From: Reyranella sp.
GTDB taxonomy: Bacteria; Pseudomonadota; Alphaproteobacteria; Reyranellales; Reyranellaceae
Assembly: GCF_030651995.1 (NCBI RefSeq)
Contig: NZ_JAUSBN010000087.1
Location: 1,825 to 65,824 of the forward strand
DNA: 64,000 nt
Direction: 5' to 3'
In this document: positions 51,247 through 61,790 of the stretch, in pieces
Position numbering within the stretch: position 1 is the first letter of the stretch
How the letters are laid out: every line of letters starts with the position of its first letter
Made by a program: the position numbers and the translations under genes
Notes under the pieces: model-generated
Told to the model about the DNA's origin: nothing
The model's input: the letters and a program-made list of their open reading frames with translations, nothing else
Databases searched by the model: none

Positions 51247-53235
51247 ATGACCGATCAAACCGCTGCCCCGCGTGACATGGCGAACGCCATCAGGGCCTTG
51301 GCCATGGATGCCGTGCAGCTGGCGGATTCGGGTCATCCCGGCATGCCGATGGGCATGGCCGACGTGGCCACGGTCCTGTTCTCCAAGTTCCTGAAGTTCG
51401 ATGCCTCGGAGCCCAACTGGCCCGATCGCGACCGCTTCATCCTGTCGGCCGGTCACGGTTCGATGCTGCTCTATTCGCTGCTGCATCTCACCGGCTACGC
51501 CGACATGACCCTCGACGAGCTGAAGAAGTTCCGCCAGCTCGGTGCCCGCACCGCGGGTCATCCCGAATATGGCCATGCGAGCGGCATCGAGACGACCACG
51601 GGTCCGCTGGGCCAGGGCCTCGGAAACTCCGTCGGCTTCGCCCTCGCCGAACGCCTCCTCGCCGAGCGGTTCGGCCGCGAAGTCGTCGACCACTACACCT
51701 ACGTAATCGCCGGCGACGGCTGCCTGATGGAAGGTGTCGGCCAGGAAGCCATTACCCTCGCCGGCCATCTCGGCCTCGGCCGCCTGATCGTGCTGTTCGA
51801 CGACAACGGCATCTCGATCGACGGCCCGACCTCGCTGTCGACCTCCGAGGATCACAAGAAGCGCTTCGCCGCCGCCGGCTGGCACGTGCTCGCCGTCGAC
51901 GGACACGATCCCGAGGCGGTCACGCGCGCCATCCGCAAGGCGCGCAACGTCACCGACAAGCCCTCGCTGATCGCCTGCAAGACGGTGATCGGCTACGGCG
52001 CGCCGACCAAGGCCGGCACCGCCGCCACGCACGGCTCGCCGCTGGGCAAGGACGAGATCGCCGGGGCCCGCGCCAAGCTGGGCTGGAATCACGAACCGTT
52101 CGACATCCCCGAGGCGCTGTTCTCCGCCTGGCGCAAGATCGGCGCCCGCGGAAAGTCGGCCCGCCGCAAGTGGAACAAGAACCTCGCCGCCATGGCGCCC
52201 GAGGATCGCGCCGAGTTCGACCGCCGCCAGAAGGGCGACATTCCGCCCGCCGTTGGCGAGGCGATTGCCGCGTTCAAGGCTAAGATGGCCGCCGAGAAGC
52301 CCTCCTGGGCCACCCGCAAGTCGAGCCAGGAGGCGCTCGAGGTCATCAACCCGGTGCTGCCCGACACGGTCGGCGGCTCGGCCGACCTGACCGGCTCGAA
52401 CAACACCAAGACCGCCACGCTGAAGGGCGCCTCGCGCGCCGATACCGCCGGCCGGTACATTTATTACGGCATCCGCGAGCATGCGATGGCGGCGGCCATG
52501 AACGGCATGGCGCTGCATGGCGGGATCATCCCCTACGGCGGCACCTTCATGGTGTTCACCGACTATTGCCGGCCCTCGATCCGCCTCTCGGCGCTGATGG
52601 GCGTGCGGGTCATCTACGTGATGACCCACGATTCGATCGGCCTCGGCGAAGACGGCCCGACCCACCAGCCGGTCGAGCACCTCCCGGCCCTGCGCGCCAT
52701 TCCCAACTTGCAGGTGCTGCGTCCCGCCGACGCCATCGAGACGGCGGAATGCTGGCAGATCGCGCTGGAAGCCAAGCACGTGCCGAGCGTCCTCGCGCTC
52801 ACCCGCCAGAACCTGCCGACCGTGCGCGGCGCCGGTGACGAGAACCTGTGCGCCAAGGGTGCCTACATCCTCGCCGGCGAAGAGTCCGCCCCGATCCGCC
52901 TGATCGCGTCGGGCTCGGAAGTGCAGCTCGCCCTCGCCGCCCGCGAGCTCCTGGCCAAGGACGGGCTCACCGCCGCGGTCGTCTCAATGCCGTCGTGGGA
53001 GTTGTTCGCGGCGCAGGAAGACACATATCGCAGCAAGGTGATGGGCGGCGACGGCACGATCCGCGTCGCCTGCGAGGCGGCGACCGGCTTCGGCTGGGAA
53101 CGCTGGCTCGGATCGAAGGGCGCGTTCGTGGGCATGAAGGGCTTCGGCGCTTCGGCCAAGGCCCCGGAACTCTACAAGCATTTCGGCATTACGGCCGAAG
53201 CGATCGCACAAGCGGCGCGCCGGTTGGCGCAATAA
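51247..53235 (+). CDS. tkt: Transketolase
   Basis: [46 protein letters not shown] and [16 protein letters not shown]. Confidence 0.98.
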   Translation: MTDQTAAPRDMANAIRALAMDAVQLADSGHPGMPMGMADVATVLFSKFLKFDASEPNWPDRDRFILSAGHGSMLLYSLLHLTGYADMTLDELKKFRQLGARTAGHPEYGHASGIETTTGPLGQGLGNSVGFALAERLLAERFGREVVDHYTYVIAGDGCLMEGVGQEAITLAGHLGLGRLIVLFDDNGISIDGPTSLSTSEDHKKRFAAAGWHVLAVDGHDPEAVTRAIRKARNVTDKPSLIACKTVIGYGAPTKAGTAATHGSPLGKDEIAGARAKLGWNHEPFDIPEALFSAWRKIGARGKSARRKWNKNLAAMAPEDRAEFDRRQKGDIPPAVGEAIAAFKAKMAAEKPSWATRKSSQEALEVINPVLPDTVGGSADLTGSNNTKTATLKGASRADTAGRYIYYGIREHAMAAAMNGMALHGGIIPYGGTFMVFTDYCRPSIRLSALMGVRVIYVMTHDSIGLGEDGPTHQPVEHLPALRAIPNLQVLRPADAIETAECWQIALEAKHVPSVLALTRQNLPTVRGAGDENLCAKGAYILAGEESAPIRLIASGSEVQLALAARELLAKDGLTAAVVSMPSWELFAAQEDTYRSKVMGGDGTIRVACEAATGFGWERWLGSKGAFVGMKGFGASAKAPELYKHFGITAEAIAQAARRLAQ

Positions 53236-53249
53236 CGGAGGGAATTAAG

Positions 53250-54257
<1,008 letters not shown>

Positions 54258-54281
54258 TCCAGCCACCCCGCGAACAAACTG

Positions 54282-54313
54282 ACGGGCGCCCCTCGGGGCG
54301 CCCGTTTTCGTTT
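54282..54313 (+). terminator. Intrinsic terminator after gap
   Basis: ACGGGCGCCC-CTCG-GGGCGCCCGT followed by TTTCGTTT. Confidence 0.8.
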
Positions 54314-54330
54314 GGTCCCGAGATCAGCTC

Positions 54331-55053
54331 TCAGTCGCGGTCCGGCCTCCGCGCCTTGATCCCCCGAAAGGCTTCCGGCAGATCGACCGGCTCATGCCGC
54401 GGCGGGTGCGCCGCCTGCAGGGTCACCAGACCTGCCAGGTGACCGAGCATCAGCTTCGCGGCCTTGTCGGCCTTCCCGCCCAGGATCGCCTCGGCGATGT
54501 CGCCATGGTCGTGCGGGCCGGCGCAGTTGGTGAGCTGGCGCGGCGCGGCCAGCGAGAAGTGCATGGTGGAGCGCGTCAGCAGGCCGCGCAGCAGGCGTGT
54601 CAGCTCGTCGTTGCCGCACAGCTCGGCGAGCAGGACATGGAAATCGCCCGACAGCTCGAACAGGCGGCCGCGATCGTCGCGCCGGGTGGCAGTCTTCTCC
54701 TCGGCGACATGCGCCTTGAGGCGCTTCGCCGCCGACGCCGTATGGCCCTCGCTCAGGCGGCGCACGATCGCCGCCTCCAGCATCGAGCGCACGTCGTAGA
54801 TCTGGCGCATCTCCTCGATCGTGAGCGAAGGCACGAAGGTTCCTCGATTGGGGATAGCGGTCAGCCAGCCTTCGTGCACCAGCCGGTGCAATGCCTTGCG
54901 CACGCGCTCGCGGCTGACGCCCAGCACGCGCGCCAGCGCCGGCTCCTGCAGCTTGGTGCCGGGCGCGAGCCGGCCCATGTGCATCGCCCGCCTGATCGCG
55001 CCGTAAACTGCCTCGTCGGCGGCGACGTCGCCTTTCCTCGGCTTACGCGGCAT
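54331..55053 (-). CDS. GntR family regulator (FCD domain)
   Basis: wHTH L.PG.KL.E..LA..LGVSRERVRKAL..L, and FCD histidines (DFH..LA, HDH.DI.EAI). Confidence 0.93.
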   Translation of the reverse strand: MPRKPRKGDVAADEAVYGAIRRAMHMGRLAPGTKLQEPALARVLGVSRERVRKALHRLVHEGWLTAIPNRGTFVPSLTIEEMRQIYDVRSMLEAAIVRRLSEGHTASAAKRLKAHVAEEKTATRRDDRGRLFELSGDFHVLLAELCGNDELTRLLRGLLTRSTMHFSLAAPRQLTNCAGPHDHGDIAEAILGGKADKAAKLMLGHLAGLVTLQAAHPPRHEPVDLPEAFRGIKARRPDRD

Positions 55054-56323
55054 CGATCTCCTCCACCGCGGCGACCAGCAAGCGGAGGCCCTGCGCGAAG
55101 TCGACGAGGTCCATCGCCTCGTCGGGATTGTGGCTGCCATGCTCGTTGCGGATGAAGATCATCGCCGTGGGCACGCCCATGATGCCGAACACGGCTGCGT
55201 CGTGACCCGCGCCGCTCGCCATCGGCAGCGCCTCGATGCCGAGGTGCTTTGCCAGCCGTTCGAGCCGTGCGCGGTGTCCGCGGTCGATCGGGCCGGGCTT
55301 CGCGTTGGTGAACGCTCCGAGATCGATCGAGACGCCGCGACGCGCGCCGATCTCCTCGGCGATCTCGCGCAGCCGCCGGTCGATGGCGAGCAGCACCTCG
55401 TTGTCCTCGCTGCGGATGTCCATCGAGAACCAGAGCTCGCCCGGGATCTTGGTCATGGTGTGCACTTCGGTGTCGGTGTGGAACTGGCCGACCGTGCAGA
55501 CCAGATCCTTGCCCGCCGCCTCGTGCTCGAGCCACAGCGCCTCCAGCCGCGACACGAATTCGACGCCGGCCATTACCGCGTCGTTGCGCGACAGCCGCGG
55601 CTCGGCGCCGGCATGGCCGTACCGGCCGACGATGTGCGGATCGCGATAACGCAGGTTGCCTCTGATGCCCGTGACGATCCCGATCGGCAGGCCGCGCTGC
55701 ACCAGCACCGGCCCCTGCTCGATATGCAGCTCGAGGAAGCAGGCGATGTTTGCGGGATCGAGCTGAGGCTCGCGGGCGCGGATGCGGTCGGGTGCGAAGC
55801 CCGCCTCTTTCATGTGCTCGGCCAGCGTCCGTCCGGTGTCGGGACGCCGGCAGGCATCGAGCGCCCCGGGCTCCAGCAGGCCGAAGGCGGCGCGGCTGCC
55901 GATATAGGGGGCGGGAAACCAGGAGAGCTCCTCGGCGCGCACGCCCATGACGGTGATGTCGCGCTTGGGCCCGCGGCCGGAGCGATGCCAGCGCGCCAGC
56001 ATCGCCATGCCGGCGACGACGCCTGCCGCGCCGTCGTAGTTGCCGCCCTCCGGCACCGAATCGAGATGCGAGCCCGTCATGATGGCGGGCAGCGAACGGT
56101 CCTGCCCCGGCAGGGTCACGTAGAGGTTGCCGGCGGCGTCGGTCCGAGTCTCCAGCCCCAGTGTCTGGCCGATGCCTTGCATCAGGTCGTGCGCCATCTG
56201 CTCGCCCTCGCCGTAGGACGCGCGGGTGACGCCGAGTCGGGCCCTGGAATGCGATCGAAGATGCTCGAACCATTGGCCCGCCAAGGCGGTTTCTGGCTCG
56301 AGGTCGCGGTGGAGTTCGGTCAT
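55043..56323 (-). CDS. M20 Zn-dependent amidohydrolase (N-carbamoylase/allantoate amidohydrolase family)
   Basis: DAAGN, GSHLDSVPEGGNYDG.AGV, AEE, ELHIEQGPVL, HAG and SGAGHDA. Confidence 0.93.
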   Translation of the reverse strand: MTELHRDLEPETALAGQWFEHLRSHSRARLGVTRASYGEGEQMAHDLMQGIGQTLGLETRTDAAGNLYVTLPGQDRSLPAIMTGSHLDSVPEGGNYDGAAGVVAGMAMLARWHRSGRGPKRDITVMGVRAEELSWFPAPYIGSRAAFGLLEPGALDACRRPDTGRTLAEHMKEAGFAPDRIRAREPQLDPANIACFLELHIEQGPVLVQRGLPIGIVTGIRGNLRYRDPHIVGRYGHAGAEPRLSRNDAVMAGVEFVSRLEALWLEHEAAGKDLVCTVGQFHTDTEVHTMTKIPGELWFSMDIRSEDNEVLLAIDRRLREIAEEIGARRGVSIDLGAFTNAKPGPIDRGHRARLERLAKHLGIEALPMASGAGHDAAVFGIMGVPTAMIFIRNEHGSHNPDEAMDLVDFAQGLRLLVAAVEEIDAA

Positions 56324-56346
56324 GGGCCTGCCGGCAGTTGGTAAAA

Positions 56347-56380
56347 TTATGTGCACATAACGTCAAGAAATGTGCACATT
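56347..56380. promoter_or_regulatory. Tandem palindromic operators in the divergent promoter
   Basis: Perfect palindromes TTATGTGCACATAA (56347-56360) and AATGTGCACATT (56369-56380), centres 21 bp apart. TTGACG on the minus strand lies between them. Confidence 0.85.
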
Positions 56381-56395
56381 CAGTTGGAGGACGAG

Positions 56396-57310
56396 ATGCA
56401 AGGCGTGAGCCAGACGCGCGACCTGGTGGGTTATGGCGGGATGCCGCCGGCCTGGAAGCTGCCCGGCGGGGCCCGCCTCGCGATCTCGATGGTGGTCAAT
56501 TTCGAGGAAGGCGCGGAGTTCGCCGTCAGCGACGGCGATCCGCAGGCCGAGAAGATCTCCGAGGTGGTGAGCGTGGTACCGCCCGGACGCTGGGACCAGG
56601 GCAACGAGCAGATCTTCGCCTACGGCATGCGTGCCGGCATCTGGCGCATGCTCGCCGCACTGGAGAAGCACCGGGTGCCCGCGACCTTCTACATGTGTGG
56701 CCGCGCCGTCGAACGCCTGCCGCAGCTCGCCCGGCGGATCGTCGAGGCCGGACACGAGGCCGCCTGTCATGGCTGGCTGTGGCGTCCCCATGCCGAGTAC
56801 GCCGACCGCGAGAGTGAGCTGAACGATCTCCGGCGCTGTATCGAGGTGATGAAAAGCGCGACAGGTCAACGTCCTACGGGATTCTTCTGCCGCGGCAGCG
56901 AAAGCCCCAAGACGCGATCCATCCTGCGCGAGCTGGGCTTCGGTTATGCGAGCAACGGCTTCGACGACGACTTGCCCTATTGGGACCGGACGGACGCGCA
57001 GCACCCGCTGCTGGTCCTGCCCTATGCGCTCGACAGCAACGACATGAAGTTCTTCCACCCCAACGGGTTCGTGCGCGCCAACGAGATGGTCGACTATGTG
57101 CGCGACGCCATCGACATGCTTCTGGAGGAAGGTGAAGCCGGCCATCCGAAGCTGCTGAACATCGGCTGGCATCTGCGCATCGCGGGCCGCCCCGGCCGCT
57201 TCGCCGCCTTCAAGCGCGTACTCGCGCTGCTCGACTCTTACGGCGACACGGTGTGGATCGCGCGGCGCGACGCCATTGCAAAATCGTGGCGCGAGCAGTT
57301 TCCGGCATGA
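56396..57310 (+). CDS. PuuE-like polysaccharide deacetylase-fold hydrolase, paralog 1 (divergent)
   Basis: GGAGG precedes ATG. RDLVGYG, NFEEG, HGWLW, D.NDMKF and WHLRI.GRPGR. Confidence 0.85.
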   Translation: MQGVSQTRDLVGYGGMPPAWKLPGGARLAISMVVNFEEGAEFAVSDGDPQAEKISEVVSVVPPGRWDQGNEQIFAYGMRAGIWRMLAALEKHRVPATFYMCGRAVERLPQLARRIVEAGHEAACHGWLWRPHAEYADRESELNDLRRCIEVMKSATGQRPTGFFCRGSESPKTRSILRELGFGYASNGFDDDLPYWDRTDAQHPLLVLPYALDSNDMKFFHPNGFVRANEMVDYVRDAIDMLLEEGEAGHPKLLNIGWHLRIAGRPGRFAAFKRVLALLDSYGDTVWIARRDAIAKSWREQFPA

Positions 57311-57371
57311 GCCAGTATCCCAAGGTGGTTGGCATGCCCCTTGCGTTTGCAGAGGCAGGGAGGCGGAACAG

Positions 57372-58466
57372 TTGCAGCAAGCAGTGAAAGCCAACGCAGC
57401 GCGCGCGCTGGACGTCGAGGGCCTGAGCGTCCGCTATGGAACGTCGACCGCCGTCGACGGCGTGACGCTCGCGATCGAGCCCGGCGAAGTCGTGGCGCTG
57501 CTCGGACCTTCCGGCTGCGGCAAGACCACTCTGCTCAGGGTCATCGCCGGTTTCGTGCGCCAGGCGGCGGGCCGCGTACGCGTCGACGGCGCGACCATTG
57601 ACCACCTGCCCCCCAACCAGCGCAACATCGGGATCGTCTTCCAGAACTACGCGCTCTTCCCTCACATGACGGTGGCGGAGAACGTGGCCTACGGGCTGCG
57701 CGCCCGCGGCCTCAAGGGGCCGGAAGTCCAGGCCAGGGTCTCGCGCTTCCTCGATACCGTCCAGCTCGGTGGCTTCAAGGAGCGTCTCCCGCGCCAGCTC
57801 TCGGGCGGCCAGCAGCAGAGGGTGGCGCTGGCGCGCGCACTCGCGATCGAGCCCTCGATCCTGCTGCTCGACGAGCCGTTCGCCGCGCTCGACCGCAATC
57901 TGCGTCTCGACATGCAGATCGAGATCAAGCGCCTGCAGCGGACGCTGGGCCTCACGACCATCCTGGTGACGCACGACCAGGACGAGGCGATGAGCGTCGC
58001 CGACCGAATCGCCGTCATGCACAAGGGCAGGGTCGAGCAGTTCGACACGCCCGTCGCGATCTACGATCGTCCGCAGACTCTGTTCGTGAACGGCTTCATC
58101 GGCACCACCAACCTGATGAACGGCACGGTCGCCTCCCTTCAGAGCGGCACCGCGACAGTCGCGCTGGACGCCGGCGCCACCCTCACCCTCCCCGCGCCCG
58201 CCGGGCTGAGCGTCGGCACGCCCGTGCTGATGTCCGTGCGGCCCGAGCAACTGGTGCTCTCCGCGGTCCCCGGCCCGGGTGCCTGGAGGATCGAGCCGGG
58301 ACTTGCGCTGCCGATCGGCGCCCAGCTCGTCCACGAGGCCCGTGCGACCGACGGCACATTCCTGAAGATCATCGAGCCGCGCCGTGCGGTTTCGAACGAT
58401 GCGGTCCGGACCTACTGCACCCTGGCCGCCGATGCGCGTCCCACGCTGTTCCCGCGTACCACCTGA
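57372..58466 (+). CDS. ABC transporter ATP-binding protein (PotA-like)
   Basis: GGAGG 8 nt before TTG 57372. GPSGCGKTT, LSGGQQQRVALARA, LLDEPF and TOBE. Confidence 0.93.
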   Translation: MQQAVKANAARALDVEGLSVRYGTSTAVDGVTLAIEPGEVVALLGPSGCGKTTLLRVIAGFVRQAAGRVRVDGATIDHLPPNQRNIGIVFQNYALFPHMTVAENVAYGLRARGLKGPEVQARVSRFLDTVQLGGFKERLPRQLSGGQQQRVALARALAIEPSILLLDEPFAALDRNLRLDMQIEIKRLQRTLGLTTILVTHDQDEAMSVADRIAVMHKGRVEQFDTPVAIYDRPQTLFVNGFIGTTNLMNGTVASLQSGTATVALDAGATLTLPAPAGLSVGTPVLMSVRPEQLVLSAVPGPGAWRIEPGLALPIGAQLVHEARATDGTFLKIIEPRRAVSNDAVRTYCTLAADARPTLFPRTT

Positions 58467-58485
58467 CAACCACGGAGACTCTTCG

Positions 58486-59505
58486 ATGTTCAGCCGCAGA
58501 CGCCTGCTTGCCGGTGCCACCGCCCTCGGCGGCGCCGCGTTCCTTCCCTCGATCGCGCACGCCAAGGGCAGCGTCGCCGCCGCCATCTATCCCGGTACCT
58601 GGGAAGAAGCCTTCCGCGCCATCGTGGCGCCGGCCCTGAAGAAGAAGGACAGCGTCGACCTCGAACTGCAGCCGCTCTTCGCCGTCGACCAGGTTGCCAA
58701 GGCCAAGGCCGCGCGCGGCGCGCCGCCCTTCGACGCCTTCGTGCTCGATCCGGGCCCTCGCATCACCGCGATCCAGGACGGGCTGTTCGACAAGATCGAC
58801 ATCAAGAAGATCAGCAATGCCTCGAAGCTGCCGGCCGGGCTGGTCGACGAATGGGGCGTGGGCGTCAACGCACAGGTCGTGGGCATCGCCTACAACCCGA
58901 AGAAAGTGCCTGCGCCCAAGGGCTGGAAGGACCTGTTCAGCGAGCCGTGGGTGTCGCGTCTTGGCCTCACGGGCTTCCAGACCACGTTCGGCACGGTGTC
59001 GCTGATCGAGATCGCCAAGGTGTTCGGCGGCTCCGAGACCAACATCGAGCCGGCGCTCGTCGAGCTGAAGAAAGTCCTGCCGAAGATCGCCGCAGTCGGC
59101 CAGCCGGCCGCCATGCCGAGCCTGTTCCAGCAGGGCCAGTGCGACGTGATGTACACCAACACCCAGACCGTCGCGACGCTGAAAGGCCGTGGCGTCGACA
59201 TCGAGTTCGTGAAGCCCGAGACCGGCGCCATCACCTTCCTCACGACCTTGCACATCGCCAAGGGCGCCACGGACGTCGAGAACGCCTACAAGTACATCGA
59301 CATCGTCGCCGGCAAGGAAGTCCAGGAGGCGCTGACCAAGCCGCCCTACAACTTCATCCCGGTGAACAAGGATGTGCCGGTCCCGTCCTACCTGCCGATG
59401 AAGAGCCTGGACGAGATGTCGAGCTTTGTCCGTCATGACTGGGCGAAGATCAATCCGCTGCGCGCCGGCTGGATCGAGAAGTTCAACAAGGAAATGGCGA
59501 AGTGA
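58486..59505 (+). CDS. ABC transporter substrate-binding protein (PotD/PotF-like) with Tat-type signal
   Basis: SRRRLLAG, P..W.DL, and V.F..P..GA. Confidence 0.88.
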   Translation: MFSRRRLLAGATALGGAAFLPSIAHAKGSVAAAIYPGTWEEAFRAIVAPALKKKDSVDLELQPLFAVDQVAKAKAARGAPPFDAFVLDPGPRITAIQDGLFDKIDIKKISNASKLPAGLVDEWGVGVNAQVVGIAYNPKKVPAPKGWKDLFSEPWVSRLGLTGFQTTFGTVSLIEIAKVFGGSETNIEPALVELKKVLPKIAAVGQPAAMPSLFQQGQCDVMYTNTQTVATLKGRGVDIEFVKPETGAITFLTTLHIAKGATDVENAYKYIDIVAGKEVQEALTKPPYNFIPVNKDVPVPSYLPMKSLDEMSSFVRHDWAKINPLRAGWIEKFNKEMAK

Positions 59506-59510
59506 TTTCA

Positions 59511-59635
59511 GCTTGCCTCCCCATTCAAATGGGAGGTGCTCCCGTCTTCGGGGGCGGAGGAGTCATGATCGATGCGCACGATGACCCCTCCGTCACCTGA
59601 CGGCGCCGCTTCCCCCGCTGATGGGGGAGGAAAGC
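59511..59635. repeat. 125-bp composite palindromic element (family B) overlapping the permease start
   Basis: Outer arms GCTTGCCTCCCC / GGGGAGGAAAGC. Inner arms CGGAGGAGTCAT (59555-59566) / ATGACCCCTCCG (59581-59592), 1 mismatch. Local hairpins in each arm. Confidence 0.85.
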
Positions 59636-60474
59636 GCTCCGTCCTGGCGGAGTGGCAGCTCGCGCTGCCGCTCGCGCTGGCCTTTGCATCGATCTTCCTG
59701 GCGCCGCTCCTCATGCTGGTCGGCGTCAGCTTCTTCAATGACGAAAAGATCACCCAGCCGGGCTTCGGTCAGTGGGCCAAGTTTCTCGGCGATCCCTTCA
59801 GCTACAAGGTGATCGCCGACACCATGCTGCTCGGCCTCAAGACGGTGTGCGCCACCATCGTGATCGGCTATCCGCTGGCGCTGATCTATCTCGACGCCTC
59901 GCCGCGCCTGCAGAAGGTCCTGATCTTCATCATCGTGATGCCGCTGCTGCTGTCGGTGGTGGTTCGCACCTTCGCCTGGATCGTCGTGCTGGGCCGCGAG
60001 GGCGTGGTGAACACGCTGCTGCTGCAGCTCGGCATCATCTCCGAACCGCTGCGCCTGCTGCAGACCGAGCTCGGCCTCGTGATCTCGCTGACCCAGATCG
60101 AGATGCCCCTGATGCTGCTGCCCCTGATCAGCGTGATGTCGCGGCTCGATCCCAACCTGCGCGACGCCTCCTCCGCCCTCGGCGCCTCGCGCTGGCGCAC
60201 CCTGTTCAAGGTGATCGTGCCGCTCAGCATGCCCGGCCTGGTCGCCGGCTGCCTGCTGGTGTTCGCCAGCTCCACCACCGCCTTCATCTCGCAGACCGTG
60301 ATCGGCGGCGTCCGCCTGATCTATCTGCCGCTGCTGATCTGGCAGCAGTCGCTGGTCGTCTTCAACTGGCCCTTCGCCGCCGTGGTGTCGCTCACGCTCC
60401 TCGTCTCGGTACTGACCGTGGTGAGCGCGCTGTCCTATCTGGGACGCCGCTCCGGAGGCTATGTCCATGGGTAG
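59572..60474 (+). CDS. ABC transporter permease (PotB-like)
   Basis: SVVVRTFAW, EAA-like NLRDASSALGAS, and NWPFAA. Start lies within the repeat. Confidence 0.9.
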   Translation: MRTMTPPSPDGAASPADGGGKRSVLAEWQLALPLALAFASIFLAPLLMLVGVSFFNDEKITQPGFGQWAKFLGDPFSYKVIADTMLLGLKTVCATIVIGYPLALIYLDASPRLQKVLIFIIVMPLLLSVVVRTFAWIVVLGREGVVNTLLLQLGIISEPLRLLQTELGLVISLTQIEMPLMLLPLISVMSRLDPNLRDASSALGASRWRTLFKVIVPLSMPGLVAGCLLVFASSTTAFISQTVIGGVRLIYLPLLIWQQSLVVFNWPFAAVVSLTLLVSVLTVVSALSYLGRRSGGYVHG

Positions 60475-61288
60475 GCGCCGCAGTCTCGCCGACCTCTCCT
60501 ACGGGCTGGTGATCGGCAGCCTGGCCGCGCTGGCGCTGCTGATCATCGTGGCGCCGGTGGTGATCGTGCTGACGACGTCGTTCACCGAGGGCCGCTCGCT
60601 CAAGTTCCCGCCGACCGGCTTCTCCCTGCAATGGTACGAGGCCCTGTTCGACGCCTCGAAGTCGCGGCAGATCCATCGCGCCGTCTACAACTCGCTGGAG
60701 GTGGCCGCCTGGTCGACCGGCTTCGGCATCCTGTTCGGCAGCATGGCGTCGCTCGGGCTGGCGCGGAACCGCCACAGGCTGGCCCGCGTCGCCGACGGGC
60801 TCTTCATGTCGCCGCTCGTCCTGCCCGGCCTCACCTTCGGCCTGGCGGCGCTGATGTACTTCACGCTGATCGGCTTGCGGCCGTCGCTGAACCTGATCAT
60901 CGCCGGCCACATGATCGTGACCGTGCCGTTCATCATCCGAACGACTTCCGCCAGCATCTCGCAGCTCGACCCCGCGCTGAACGATTCCTCGCAGAGCCTG
61001 GGCGCGAGTTGGTTCTACACGATGCGCCGCGTGACCCTGCCGCTGATCGCGCCCGGCATCTTCGCCGGGGCGTTTCTCGCCTTCATGGCGTCGATCGACA
61101 ATGTGCCGGTGTCGCTGTTCCTGTCGACGGCGCGCACCGACATGCTGCCCATCCGCATGTGGGGCATGATGGAATCGACGCTCGACCCGCGCATCGCCGC
61201 CGTGTCAGGCGTGTTGATCACGGCAGCCTTCCTGTTGATGCTGATCATGGAATGGACGGTGGGACTGACCCGCCGCATGCGCGACTGA
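60467..61288 (+). CDS. ABC transporter permease (PotC-like)
   Basis: GGAGG 8 nt upstream. P...V..TSF, FPP.GFSLQWY, L.DSSQSLGA and DP.IAAVS. Confidence 0.92.
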   Translation: MGRRRSLADLSYGLVIGSLAALALLIIVAPVVIVLTTSFTEGRSLKFPPTGFSLQWYEALFDASKSRQIHRAVYNSLEVAAWSTGFGILFGSMASLGLARNRHRLARVADGLFMSPLVLPGLTFGLAALMYFTLIGLRPSLNLIIAGHMIVTVPFIIRTTSASISQLDPALNDSSQSLGASWFYTMRRVTLPLIAPGIFAGAFLAFMASIDNVPVSLFLSTARTDMLPIRMWGMMESTLDPRIAAVSGVLITAAFLLMLIMEWTVGLTRRMRD

Positions 61289-61301
61289 CGAGGACCCGCC
61301 A

Positions 61302-61775
61302 ATGGAACTGATCCCCCAGCCCCTCACCAAGGAAGCGTTCGCCCCGTTCGGCGACGTGATCGACGTGCCCGACGTCGCCGGCCGCACCTACTACGAAGAC
61401 GCGCTGGGCAACCTGCGGCCGACCGCGCATGCGAGCCTCTCGGTCAGCCTGAAGGCCGAGACGCCGGACCGGCCGCTGCGCAGCGACTATCTCGAACGTC
61501 ACGAATTCTCCTCCCAGACCTTCGTTCCCCTCGATGTCGAGCGCTGGTTGATCGTCGTGGCGCCGCATGCCGCTGCGGGCGGTCCCGACGTCAGCGGCAT
61601 GAAAGCCTTCATCGCCACCGGCAAGCAGGGCGTCACCTACCGGCCCGACACCTGGCATCACGGTCTCACGGTGCTCGACCGGCCGGGCCGCTTCGCCGTC
61701 TTCATGTGGCGCGACGGCGGCAAGGGCGACGAGGAGTTCGTGCCGGTGACGCCCTTCACCATCCCCATTCCCTGA
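61302..61775 (+). CDS. allA: Ureidoglycolate lyase family protein
   Basis: PLT.EAFAPFGDVI, LERH..SSQTFVPL and GVTY....WHH. Confidence 0.88.
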   Translation: MELIPQPLTKEAFAPFGDVIDVPDVAGRTYYEDALGNLRPTAHASLSVSLKAETPDRPLRSDYLERHEFSSQTFVPLDVERWLIVVAPHAAAGGPDVSGMKAFIATGKQGVTYRPDTWHHGLTVLDRPGRFAVFMWRDGGKGDEEFVPVTPFTIPIP

Positions 61776-61790
61776 TCCGGAGCTGAGACG

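Noticed and set aside
56351-56396. Longer starts for the amidohydrolase (56356) and PuuE-like 1 (56351)
   Set aside because: Both extra start codons fall inside the operator palindrome. PuuE-like 1 has a good GGAGG before 56396.
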